Shown here one piece after another: positions 16,553-24,724 of a DNA stretch of 24,724 bases; within the stretch, counting starts at the first letter, position 1; the number at the start of each line of letters is the position of its first letter. A program made the position numbers and the translations under genes. Source of the DNA: Syntrophomonadaceae bacterium. GTDB taxonomy: Bacteria > Bacillota > Dethiobacteria > DTU022. A model generated the notes under the pieces. It was not told the origin of the DNA. It saw only the letters and a program-made list of their open reading frames with translations, and ran no database searches. The DNA lies in the NCBI GenBank assembly GCA_003558195.1, contig PWMM01000100.1, positions 1 to 24,724 of the forward strand. The letters are read 5' to 3'.

Positions 16553-16838
16553 TACAATTAATGTTTGCTCAGCTTTACCTAATTTTGAATTGGTGATGGC
16601 TCATCGTGGGAAATGGTAGCTACTCAGCTTCAGCCTTTAGCTTTGTTTGCCTTCGACATTAGCCATCTCTTTTTCTGGTCTCGGCAGCCTGCTTCCATGC
16701 AGACTGACCAGCTACAACCTTTGTTTCATAGGCATTGCAACTGCTCTAGCGAAATGTCCCCTGTCTAAAATCAAGCACGGTTGAGCAGATAAAACCTCAT
16801 TAAAGTTCTTCAATTAAATTAGGAGGAGGATTACTGGA

Positions 16839-18002
16839 TTGTCATACAACCGCGATCTGGCTTTTGAATATAACAACCCGACCAAAATTATCTTTGGTGA
16901 GAATAGTGTTAAAGAAATCGGCCTGGAAGTGGAAAGGCTTGGCGGCTCAAAAGCTTTAATTGTGACCGATCAAGGGCTAGTTCAAGCCGGCCTGGCGGAA
17001 AAGATAGAGAAAGCACTGGGCAGGCGCTATGTTGGAACATACGATGGCTGTCTTCCAGATTCAGGTTTCCACCTGGTTGATGAAGGCGCGGCCTTTGCCC
17101 TGGAAAAGGGAGCCGATATCCTGGTTAGTGTGGGTGGAGGAAGTGTTATTGATACGGCTAAGGGCATGGCCGTGGTTTTGAAAGAAGGGGGGACAATCAG
17201 TGATTACCGGGGCATGCAAATGCTGACCCGTCCCCAGACACCTCATATTGCTGTTCCCACAACCGCAGGAAGCGGCAGTGAGGTGACCTGGTTTGCCGTA
17301 ATCAAGGACTGGGATAACAATGTCAAGGAAGCTTTTCTTGATGTCCACCTCATTCCGGATTTGGCCATCCTGGATCCGCACATGGTTACCGGCCTTCCCC
17401 CTCACCTGACTGCGGGTCCGGGAATGGATGCTTTTTCCCACGCCATAGAAGCATTTCACTCCCTGCAGCGGCAACCGATCAATGACGGTTTGTCCTTGCA
17501 GGCAGTCAGGCAGATTAAAGAGTATTTGCCCCGCTGTATTGAAGATGGCTCAGACCTGGTTGCCCGTGGTCAGCAGCAGCTGGCAGCCACCATGGCTGCT
17601 ATCGCGTTTAGCAACAGCCAGCCGGGCCTGGTTCATGCCATGGCTCACCCGCTTGGGGCGCTCTTTAAAGTGCCGCACGGGCTTGCCAACGCTATCTTGC
17701 TCCCCCATGTCATGCTTTTTAACATGCCTGAGTGCGCCGACAGGTATGCCCAGGTTGCGCAGGCCATGGATCTTGATGTGCGGGGGTTAAGAGATGAAGA
17801 AGCGGGCAAGGCCGCCGTGCAGGCTATTCAAGACTTAATTGAAAAGATCGGGTTGCCCCGGAAGCTACGTGATGCCGGTGTCCCTGTAGACAGGCTGGCT
17901 GAAGCTGCCGATTATTCCCTGGCCGATGGTTCTATTTTCTATAACCCGCGCATGGTGACAGAAATAGAGGAAGTTTTAGAAGTTTACCAGGCAGCCTGGT
18001 GA
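16839..18002 (+). CDS. Iron-containing (class III) alcohol dehydrogenase
   Basis: VGGGSVIDTAK, VPTTAGSGSEVT, AILDP, metal ligands in DAFSH, H in VHAMAH and PHG; TTG start with AGGAGGAGG RBS. Confidence 0.95.
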   Translation: MSYNRDLAFEYNNPTKIIFGENSVKEIGLEVERLGGSKALIVTDQGLVQAGLAEKIEKALGRRYVGTYDGCLPDSGFHLVDEGAAFALEKGADILVSVGGGSVIDTAKGMAVVLKEGGTISDYRGMQMLTRPQTPHIAVPTTAGSGSEVTWFAVIKDWDNNVKEAFLDVHLIPDLAILDPHMVTGLPPHLTAGPGMDAFSHAIEAFHSLQRQPINDGLSLQAVRQIKEYLPRCIEDGSDLVARGQQQLAATMAAIAFSNSQPGLVHAMAHPLGALFKVPHGLANAILLPHVMLFNMPECADRYAQVAQAMDLDVRGLRDEEAGKAAVQAIQDLIEKIGLPRKLRDAGVPVDRLAEAADYSLADGSIFYNPRMVTEIEEVLEVYQAAW

Positions 18003-18018
18003 TGGTGTAATTAAATTG

Positions 18019-18483
18019 TTATCCATGCCCTGCCAGATCGAATTTAAATTTTGGGATTTGCTGATCGGGATTCAGGGATGATCTTACCAGCCCTGTTTGG
18101 ATTGCGCCCATTTTCAAATAGAAAGGCAGCGCTTTGGGATATGTGATACCTTCGAGGGTTTTGAAACCTTTTTCCTGGCACATAACTACCAGGTGTTTCC
18201 AGAGTTTCCTGCCCACGCCACAGCCGATCAGGTCTCGCCTCACATAAAAATGTTCCAGCCGGGCAGTGTTGCCTGCGGCTTTGATGTTGAAAAAAGCTGT
18301 GATGTTTTTTTCGTCGCTGCAGGTTAAAACACGTACGCTGTTTTCTACCAGGGTGGCTCCGGTTAGTTGATACCTGGTGGCAAACCTGGCCATCACCGCT
18401 TTGCTGTGGCCCCAGTACGCTTCTGATTCGTAAGCCAGCTGGTTCAGAATTCTTAAATCATCCGGTTGGGCGGGCCTGATAAT
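18019..18483 (-). CDS. GNAT N-acetyltransferase, probable non-canonical ATT start (154 aa)
   Basis: Frame extends upstream of GTG 18396 as I-IRPAQPDDLRILNQLAYESEAYWGHS; no ATG/GTG/TTG before the upstream TGA; GGGAGG 7 nt before ATT 18483. Motif A FYVRRDLIGCGVGRKL and ALPFYLKMGA present. Confidence 0.8.
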   Translation of the reverse strand: MIRPAQPDDLRILNQLAYESEAYWGHSKAVMARFATRYQLTGATLVENSVRVLTCSDEKNITAFFNIKAAGNTARLEHFYVRRDLIGCGVGRKLWKHLVVMCQEKGFKTLEGITYPKALPFYLKMGAIQTGLVRSSLNPDQQIPKFKFDLAGHG

Positions 18484-18526
18484 AGCTATTCCTCCCTGTT
18501 TTCACTATGTATACTATACCTGGCTT

Positions 18527-20218
18527 TTACTTTTCCAAATGCTGGCAAAAGTAGAGGGGTCCGGCCAGCAGGGCTTTGCCATCTTTCAAGTTTGCCATGT
18601 TTATAAGGGCATGCTCAGCCCATGCTGCTGCCGTGGGTAGTGGGGCTGTTTCCTGTCTCGGAAGCGGAATCTCTACCAGTGGAACATTCTCGGGAAGATC
18701 TGCTTCTTTATGCAATATGGCCAGCGCGGTTTCCAGGCCGCCCAATTCGTCAACCAGGCCTTTAGAGAGGGCCTGTTCTCCGGTCCAAACTTTTCCACCC
18801 CCGACTTCTTTTACTGCTTCAGCCTGCAAAGCCCGGCTTTCTGCCACCCGTTTGATAAATAGCTCGTATACATGAAAGATGAAGTCCAATGCTTTTTTTC
18901 TTTCTTCTTCATTAAATAGTTCTTCCGGTGAACCAAATAATTCTTTTTGGCCCCGCCTGATCGTTTCCCGGTTTAAAAGTAGCTTATCCAAAAGCTGGGC
19001 ATTAACGATCTTGGCGGCAATTACCCCGATAGAACCGGTGAGGGTAGCCGGCTGGGCGATTATATAGGGGGCGGGAGTGGCTACATAATAGCCACCGGAT
19101 CCAGCTATGGAGCTCATCATCGCTACTAAAGGTTTCCGAGCGGCAATTTTGCCCAAAACTGCGGTGATCGCTTCCGAAGCTGCTGCCGAGCCGCCGCCTG
19201 AATCGATATATAGTAATACAGCTTTCACTCTTTTGTCTTTGAGAGCCATGCGGGCTTGCTGAACAAAACTAAGATCACCGGTCTGGTCATTGAAGAGGAA
19301 GGGCGCGGGAACTGGTGGCCTGGACGGTGAGCGGCGGCTCTTACCGTCAATAATATTGCCCTGGACCCTGAGGAGGGCAATGTAGCGGCCTGGTCGGGGC
19401 GGTAAGGGCCTGGGGAAGCATTTTTTGCACTCATCCCATGCAGCCAATCTGGCCGGTTTTTCTTCGCCGAGGTAGGAGGGGAGGTCTTCAGCATTGATGA
19501 TGCCATCAACAGCGCCGGTATCTAAGGCTTTTTCACCGTAAAGAGGAGTCTGGCCGATTAATTCCTGGACCTTGTCTTGTCCGAGGTTGCGGCCATTGGC
19601 AATAGCTTTTACAAATTGGCTATAATATGAATCAAGGAGCCATTCGGTCATTTCCCTGACCTGTTCAGACATTTTGGATCGTACAAACCTTTCCAGCGCG
19701 GATTTATATGGGCTGACCTGGACCACGTCCAGTTCGATACCTAAGTGCTCGAGAGCATTCTTCAGGTACAACTGGCGGTTTGTGAAGCCGAGGGTATAGA
19801 TTATGCCGCCTTCCTGGAGGAGGACCCGGTTACAGGCAGCAGCCAGGCAGTAAGTGGATGAATCATAACCGGTGGACCAGGCAATTACCTCCTTGTTTTT
19901 TGATTGGATTTCCCGGATCGAACTGTTCAGGGTCTGGATCTGGGCCAGGGTGAGTTCAGGTTTACCCAGGTGTAGAATTATTCCTTTTACCCGGGGATCT
20001 TTTGAAACTGTCCGAAAGTCATCAGCCAGTTCCTGCAGACTTTTAGCCCTGGCGATCATTCTTCTCTGTAGAATGCTCTCCGGGGGTGTTTTCAAATCTG
20101 GATACGAACCGTGCAAAGTAAAGGTAACATATTCTGGTGGGCGCAGCCCTTTTTTCAAGATGTTAGCCAGCCATACCAGGAAAATGCGAATCAAATAGAT
20201 AGGATAGGCGATCAGCAT
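18527..20218 (-). CDS. sppA: Signal peptide peptidase SppA (S49, two-domain long type)
   Basis: Catalytic Lys motif PYKSALE in the N-domain; IDSGGGS, nucleophile AGSGGYY, TLTGSIGV and GKVWTGEQA in the C-domain. Confidence 0.92.
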   Translation of the reverse strand: MLIAYPIYLIRIFLVWLANILKKGLRPPEYVTFTLHGSYPDLKTPPESILQRRMIARAKSLQELADDFRTVSKDPRVKGIILHLGKPELTLAQIQTLNSSIREIQSKNKEVIAWSTGYDSSTYCLAAACNRVLLQEGGIIYTLGFTNRQLYLKNALEHLGIELDVVQVSPYKSALERFVRSKMSEQVREMTEWLLDSYYSQFVKAIANGRNLGQDKVQELIGQTPLYGEKALDTGAVDGIINAEDLPSYLGEEKPARLAAWDECKKCFPRPLPPRPGRYIALLRVQGNIIDGKSRRSPSRPPVPAPFLFNDQTGDLSFVQQARMALKDKRVKAVLLYIDSGGGSAAASEAITAVLGKIAARKPLVAMMSSIAGSGGYYVATPAPYIIAQPATLTGSIGVIAAKIVNAQLLDKLLLNRETIRRGQKELFGSPEELFNEEERKKALDFIFHVYELFIKRVAESRALQAEAVKEVGGGKVWTGEQALSKGLVDELGGLETALAILHKEADLPENVPLVEIPLPRQETAPLPTAAAWAEHALINMANLKDGKALLAGPLYFCQHLEK

Positions 20219-20233
20219 ATAACCAGCCCCTTT

Positions 20234-20746
20234 TTAAAGTTTGAGATTGTCATAACCCCTTACAATCTCCTGTGTTACCCCTTCGATTGTCAGGCCTGAG
20301 CATTCAATAATCAAATCGGCATATTTTTCATATAAAACAGTTCTTTCTTCATAAAGATCAATTAGTCCCTTGCCTTCACCGAAGACGATGCCCCTGCTTT
20401 CTATGTTGTTTAATCTCCGTTCGATTTCATCATAGTCAAGCTTCAAGTAAACGAACAAGCTTTTCTTTTTCAAGTGATTAACAGCTTTTTCACTGTAGAC
20501 GACACTGCCCCCCGGAGCGATTACAGAATTGACAGTATTGAGGTTAAGGAGCACACTTTCTTCAATCACCAGGAATTCTTCAAAGCCGACCCGGTCGATT
20601 ATCTCTTGCAGAAGGGCACTTTCCCTCTCCTGGATAATCAGATCAGCGTCGATAAAGGTTTTCCCCAGCTCTTTGGCGATTAAAACGCCGGTGGTGCTTT
20701 TGCCGGCTCCCGGCATGCCGATTAAAACCAGGTTGCTGCGCTGCAT
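20234..20746 (-). CDS. aroK: Shikimate kinase family P-loop kinase
   Basis: LVLIGMPGAGKSTTG, FIDAD, VIAPGGSVV, LYEERTVLY. ATG 20746 with AAGGCGGTG RBS; the track extension to 20824 is unlikely. Confidence 0.8.
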   Translation of the reverse strand: MQRSNLVLIGMPGAGKSTTGVLIAKELGKTFIDADLIIQERESALLQEIIDRVGFEEFLVIEESVLLNLNTVNSVIAPGGSVVYSEKAVNHLKKKSLFVYLKLDYDEIERRLNNIESRGIVFGEGKGLIDLYEERTVLYEKYADLIIECSGLTIEGVTQEIVRGYDNLKL

Positions 20747-20904
20747 AAATTTCACCGCCTTACTGCTATACTTGCTACTTCCCTTGCTACTTATTGTATC
20801 AAGAATTAGGAGAATTGACAGCACTAACGGTATAGTTTAAAGTGTCATCAAATTCATCAATTGATCATTATATTATCTTTATAACAAGGAAGGAGCGATT
20901 TTAT

Positions 20905-21201
20905 ATGAGTAGAGGAGCAGCTGGTGCAGCCGGAGCGGCAGCAGCCGCGGGAGCTGTAATAGCGCAAGCCATCAAAGCTTCGGGGGCAATAGTAGAAGTA
21001 GACCCCCAGGATTTTAGAAGCCTTGTTGACCGGGTGGAAAAACCCCTGGTAGTGGTGAGTCAGGGTGGTACTTTTAGAAAATACTACCAGTATTTATCCG
21101 GGGTTAGGGGTTTGATCTTTTTCGCTAAATCAACTGAGACTTTGCAATTTAAAGGTAGTACTGAAGTTGTCCAGGCCAACAAGATCTGGATTCCCGGTTA
21201 A
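20905..21201 (+). CDS. 98-aa hypothetical protein with Ala/Gly-rich N-terminus
   Basis: RBS AAGGAAGGAG before ATG 20905; MSRGAAGAAGAAAAAGAVIAQAIKASGAIVEV...KIWIPG. Confidence 0.8.
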   Translation: MSRGAAGAAGAAAAAGAVIAQAIKASGAIVEVDPQDFRSLVDRVEKPLVVVSQGGTFRKYYQYLSGVRGLIFFAKSTETLQFKGSTEVVQANKIWIPG

Positions 21202-21203
21202 TA

Positions 21204-21225
21204 AAACGCTACCTAGTAAGCGTTT
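21204..21225 (+). terminator. Possible weak intrinsic terminator hairpin
   Basis: AAACGCT-8 nt-AGCGTTT immediately after the 21201 stop; short U-tail. Confidence 0.35.
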
Positions 21226-21393
21226 AGCAAGGAAATGGGGTTCCTGATAGACTTGCTAGGCACAAAGCTGGATATTTCTGGGAAAGGTAAGGCTTTTTTA
21301 ACAATCCTCTAAACCACTCTTTTGGCAGGTCCCTGCTCGGGTTTTTAGCATTAAACTGGAAATAACAAAAACAAAGGACTTGGAGGGATAGTA

Positions 21394-22626
21394 ATGGAAC
21401 GTTATCAAAAGCTTTATGAAACAAAAATGCCCAGGGCCAGCATGGGGCGCTACAAAAAAGAGCGAATTGTTTACCGGTATAAAGATGTCCATACTGATCT
21501 AAATGTCGGCCACCTGCTTTGGCTGCAAAGTGGTGGAGGTTGTGATACAGCAGAAATATGGGCTGCCACCTCACAAATGAAAAAGCAGGACAAAGAAAGC
21601 TGGAATCGTGAATTTGCAGCACTGGCCGGAAAGGTAGAGAAACTCGCTTCTGATTCACTGGAAAAAAATCACAAGGTTAGCGCCCGGGAAGCTTTCTTCA
21701 GGGCTTCAACCTATTATGGTTTTTGCGGTAAAAGAAAAAAACAGGTAGAATGTTTCCAGGCCGCCGGCAGGCTTTTAGACCTGCCCATGGAGCAAGTTAA
21801 GATCCCCTTTGAAGGAAAACATCTTCCCGGCTATTTTATAAAGACTGCTCCTGATAATCAGAAGCGTAAGACCTTAATCTTTATCGGTGGCGGCGATACA
21901 ATTCTTGAAGAGCTCTATTTTTTAATCGGTCCGGCAGGGATAAAGCGTAACTATAACCTTTTCATTGTGGAGATGCCCGGGCAGGGAGCAACAAACCTGG
22001 AAGGAATGGTTATGCGCCCCGACACCGAGGTGCCCATGAAAAAAATTGTCGATTATGTGTTAGGCAGGCCGGATGTTGATCCTGAGAAGCTGGCGGCTAT
22101 GGGTCTTAGCTGGGGTGGTTACATGGTTCCAAGGGCTGCCTGCTTCGAGAAGAGGCTGAAGGCCATTGTGGCCAACAGCATCATCTTGGATGGGAATATA
22201 TGGATGACAGAAATTTCTCCCTTTGGCATTATCGCCAAGCTGGAAGATACAATCTTATTTCCTATCATAAAAATGTTTTTCGGCGCTACCATGATGCCCC
22301 GCCTGGAAATGCTTAAAAGGAAATGGGGCGCCAGGGACATGAAGCACTTTGTAGAAATTAACAAGAGTTTTTTCCTGGATCCCCGCCAGATCGAATGTCC
22401 CACCTTGCTACTTGATGGAGAGAACGAGATAAGTTATTCCAGGGGGGTGGAAATAATGCAGGAAATAGCCCTGGAAGCTATCCCGCACCCGGTGAAAAAG
22501 AGAATAACCGGTCCCAAAGAGCTTGGAGCCGGTGGGCACTGCCAGGTAGCCAATGCTAACTTTATGCACCAGGTCACGTTCGATTGGCTTGACGAGGTGT
22601 TTGAAGAGCAGGTAGTAAATAATTAA
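21394..22626 (+). CDS. Alpha/beta hydrolase (FrsA / 2,6-dihydroxypseudooxynicotine hydrolase-like esterase/peptidase)
   Basis: AREAFFRASTYY, IPFEGKHLPGYF, EMPGQG, nucleophile GLSWGG, probable catalytic His in GGHCQ. Confidence 0.88.
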   Translation: MERYQKLYETKMPRASMGRYKKERIVYRYKDVHTDLNVGHLLWLQSGGGCDTAEIWAATSQMKKQDKESWNREFAALAGKVEKLASDSLEKNHKVSAREAFFRASTYYGFCGKRKKQVECFQAAGRLLDLPMEQVKIPFEGKHLPGYFIKTAPDNQKRKTLIFIGGGDTILEELYFLIGPAGIKRNYNLFIVEMPGQGATNLEGMVMRPDTEVPMKKIVDYVLGRPDVDPEKLAAMGLSWGGYMVPRAACFEKRLKAIVANSIILDGNIWMTEISPFGIIAKLEDTILFPIIKMFFGATMMPRLEMLKRKWGARDMKHFVEINKSFFLDPRQIECPTLLLDGENEISYSRGVEIMQEIALEAIPHPVKKRITGPKELGAGGHCQVANANFMHQVTFDWLDEVFEEQVVNN

Positions 22627-22665
22627 ACCCGGGGCATCTAAAATGCACGACAAAAACGAAATCAC

Positions 22666-22681
22666 AAGAGTGGCCACTCTT
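22666..22681. repeat. Perfect 16-bp palindrome AAGAGTGGCCACTCTT between convergent genes
   Basis: Self-complementary with no spacer; overlaps the regulator stop codon. Confidence 0.6.
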
Positions 22682-24722
22682 ATTGAATAAGCTTTAAATT
22701 GCGGGCCAGGGCTACTGCCTGCAGCCTGCCTCTGACGCCCAGCTTACCGTAGATATTACTGGCATGCCATTTTACCGTGCCCGGGGAAAGGAAAAGTTTT
22801 TGGGCTACTTGCTGGTTGGAAAGACCCTGGTTGAACAGGGTAAGGATTTCTATTTCTCTTGAGCTTAATTCTTCGACCAGGTTTTCATAAAGCGCACTAT
22901 TTCCCAGGGCAGGAGCGCTTGTTTCCGCAGCAGTAGATTGCTTTTCCTTAAGCTCTGCATCTTTTACTCCTGGTTCCGTGCCTTGCGATATCCCTTCTTC
23001 AAGGCGGTTTAAAACTGAAAGAACTCTACCGGCAAGAGCCAACAATGCAGGCTTCAGGTTTGCAGGGCCACCTGTTTTTTCTTTGGCTAAAACTCTTTTA
23101 TAAACCGGGATCAGTTCCTGGCCCTGATCGATAAAGATCTGGTAAAAGCCGCTTTCTTCTCCCAGCTGTAGGGCCTGAAGTAAAGAATTTTCAGCATTTT
23201 TACCGCTGCCGAGATTTTTTTCCAGCAAAGTTCTGCTTAAAAGGGTTTCGATTAGAAGTTGCCTGTATTCACCTGCTTCGGCGGCGTTTTTTACCTGCTC
23301 GAGGATCTTTTCTACCTGTTGTTGCGAACAGGGTTCCTCTTTTAAAAGAACCTGGGCCAGGGCCAGGTAGCATCTTTCCCGCCCACCCGGTATATCATCA
23401 CTTTCTTTAATCCCGGCGCCTTTAAGTACTTCCCGGGCTTCAACCGGTTTATTGCAGGCAAGTAAGAGCATAGCTTTCCAGGCAGTAGCGGGAGTGAGGA
23501 TGAATTTGGGAAGAGCTACCTCGCGGTGCAGCTGTTCCAGCTCCTTGATCCTGTTTATGGCAAGTTCATATACCCTTTTAGAATAGTCCAGGGCTATCCC
23601 GTAAAGGCAATTCCAGCCGTGGGATGGTTTTTCAGGTTCGCTTAAGGAAAGGCCCCTCTCTACGAAGCGTTCTGCCTCTTCAAGGCTTCCTCTTTCCTTT
23701 AAACAGTCTCCCAGCAATGTCCATAACAGGCCGCAGCGGGGCAACCTGTCCAGCCCGTTTTTTTTGGCTAGCTGGATTAAGTCATGGGACATCTTTTCTG
23801 CCTCTTCAAGCCGTCCCAGGTAGCTAAGGGTAGTGCCCACCTTGAATCCAGTATTAAGGCTCAAATAGGCATTACCAAGGGTCTCATTATTCCGGTGGGC
23901 ATCAAGGTAATACCGGTAAGCGTCTTTGGGATTGCCGGAAAAAAGCCGGGCATCTCCTGATATAATGCCAACTCTTGAGCGCCAGTAACTGCTTTTTGCG
24001 GGTAAGAGCGCAAGCGCTTTTTCTGCATTATCAAGAGCAGCGGGAAAGTTTTGTTTGTAAATATGGTAGTAAGCTTTAACCACGGCCAGGGTTCCGGCAA
24101 ATTTGTGCTTTTCTGCATCATCGTTAAAAGCAGTACCTGCTTCTACCTGTTCGGCCAGGCTAATGATCGCCCCGGTTTCCTCCATTCCCTTGTGGACCAT
24201 GTAAAACCAGGCTTTATTTACAGTCAGGTACGGGAACTTTACCAGTAGTTCGGAAGGGATCAGCTCCAGACACTCATTAAGCAGGCCAACTCCTTCTGTT
24301 TGGCTTAGAGTTTCGATGTTGCTGTCGAGGATTCGGGCGGCAAGCTCCAGGTTATTTCCTTCTAAAGCATGACCGATGGCTTCACCGGGTTCTTTGGCTT
24401 CAACAAACCACCGGGCTGCTCTTTCATGCAGCAGTTCGATTTTCTCCGGCATCGTTCGCTTCAGCTGGTGCAAAAGTAGATCTGCAAATAGAGGGTGATA
24501 GCGGTACCAATCACCTTCCTCATCAAGGGCAATTAAAAACAAATTTTTTTGTTCCAGTTGGGCCAGCAAATCGGCACTCTCTTCCTGACCTGTAACTGCC
24601 TGGCATAATGAAGCAGAGAAACGTTTTAATACTGAGGTTTGCAGGAGAAATTCGCGTACCGCTTCAGGTTGCCTGGTAAAAACTTCTTCGATCAAGAAGT
24701 GGAAAACGTGGCGGTGGCTGCC
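22680..24722 (-). CDS. MalT-like (LAL/STAND) LuxR-family transcriptional regulator, 5'-truncated at window edge
   Basis: Open to the edge (GSHRHVFHFLIEEVF), FLLQTSVL, WYRYHPLFADLL, TPR-like middle, C-terminal LuxR HTH LSSREIEIL...SNQQVAQKLFLSPGTVKWHASNIYGKLGV. Confidence 0.93.
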   Translation of the reverse strand, partial: GSHRHVFHFLIEEVFTRQPEAVREFLLQTSVLKRFSASLCQAVTGQEESADLLAQLEQKNLFLIALDEEGDWYRYHPLFADLLLHQLKRTMPEKIELLHERAARWFVEAKEPGEAIGHALEGNNLELAARILDSNIETLSQTEGVGLLNECLELIPSELLVKFPYLTVNKAWFYMVHKGMEETGAIISLAEQVEAGTAFNDDAEKHKFAGTLAVVKAYYHIYKQNFPAALDNAEKALALLPAKSSYWRSRVGIISGDARLFSGNPKDAYRYYLDAHRNNETLGNAYLSLNTGFKVGTTLSYLGRLEEAEKMSHDLIQLAKKNGLDRLPRCGLLWTLLGDCLKERGSLEEAERFVERGLSLSEPEKPSHGWNCLYGIALDYSKRVYELAINRIKELEQLHREVALPKFILTPATAWKAMLLLACNKPVEAREVLKGAGIKESDDIPGGRERCYLALAQVLLKEEPCSQQQVEKILEQVKNAAEAGEYRQLLIETLLSRTLLEKNLGSGKNAENSLLQALQLGEESGFYQIFIDQGQELIPVYKRVLAKEKTGGPANLKPALLALAGRVLSVLNRLEEGISQGTEPGVKDAELKEKQSTAAETSAPALGNSALYENLVEELSSREIEILTLFNQGLSNQQVAQKLFLSPGTVKWHASNIYGKLGVRGRLQAVALARNLKLIQ

Positions 24723-24724
24723 GG

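Noticed and set aside
21224-21658. 144-aa minus-strand ORF
   Set aside because: Overlaps the hydrolase antisense, has implausible composition and no motif.
22666-22681. Palindrome as a bidirectional terminator
   Set aside because: No loop and no U-tract on either side; kept only as a repeat.
1-24724. CRISPR array, tRNA, rRNA, integrase or transposase
   Set aside because: No regularly spaced repeats, cloverleaf or rRNA signatures, or recombinase/DDE motifs were seen on either strand.

Overview
Bacterial chromosomal DNA; Firmicute-style ribosome-binding sites (RBS) and a tungsten-type aldehyde oxidoreductase suggest an anaerobic Bacillota member (inference). No rRNA, tRNA, CRISPR array or transposase was recognised. 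The left part (1-~11.65 kb) is AT-rich. It holds the end of an Opp/Dpp ABC ATPase, a HemL-like class III aminotransferase, an M23 peptidase with a perfect WalR-type box, several hypothetical genes (zinc-ribbon membrane protein, PD-(D/E)XK-like orphan, lipoprotein), a GGT/YwrD-like gene followed by a short-chain ChrA pair whose second gene has an in-frame TAA, a USP and a DJ-1/PfpI gene. It also has several small ORFs below the ORF-track cutoff, notably a 39-aa mini-lipoprotein and a 35-aa membrane peptide. The right part is more GC-rich. Its core is a divergent cluster, moaD <- acyl-CoA synthetase <- AOR | SCP2 lipid-binding protein -> Fe-ADH, with overlapping -10 boxes. This is the best candidate for an undescribed system: a hydrophobic alcohol -> aldehyde -> acid -> acyl-CoA route. 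After it come a GNAT with an apparent ATT start, SppA, a shikimate kinase-like gene, a small hypothetical, an alpha/beta hydrolase and a 5'-truncated MalT/LuxR regulator. All family calls come from motif recognition by eye; no searches were run.
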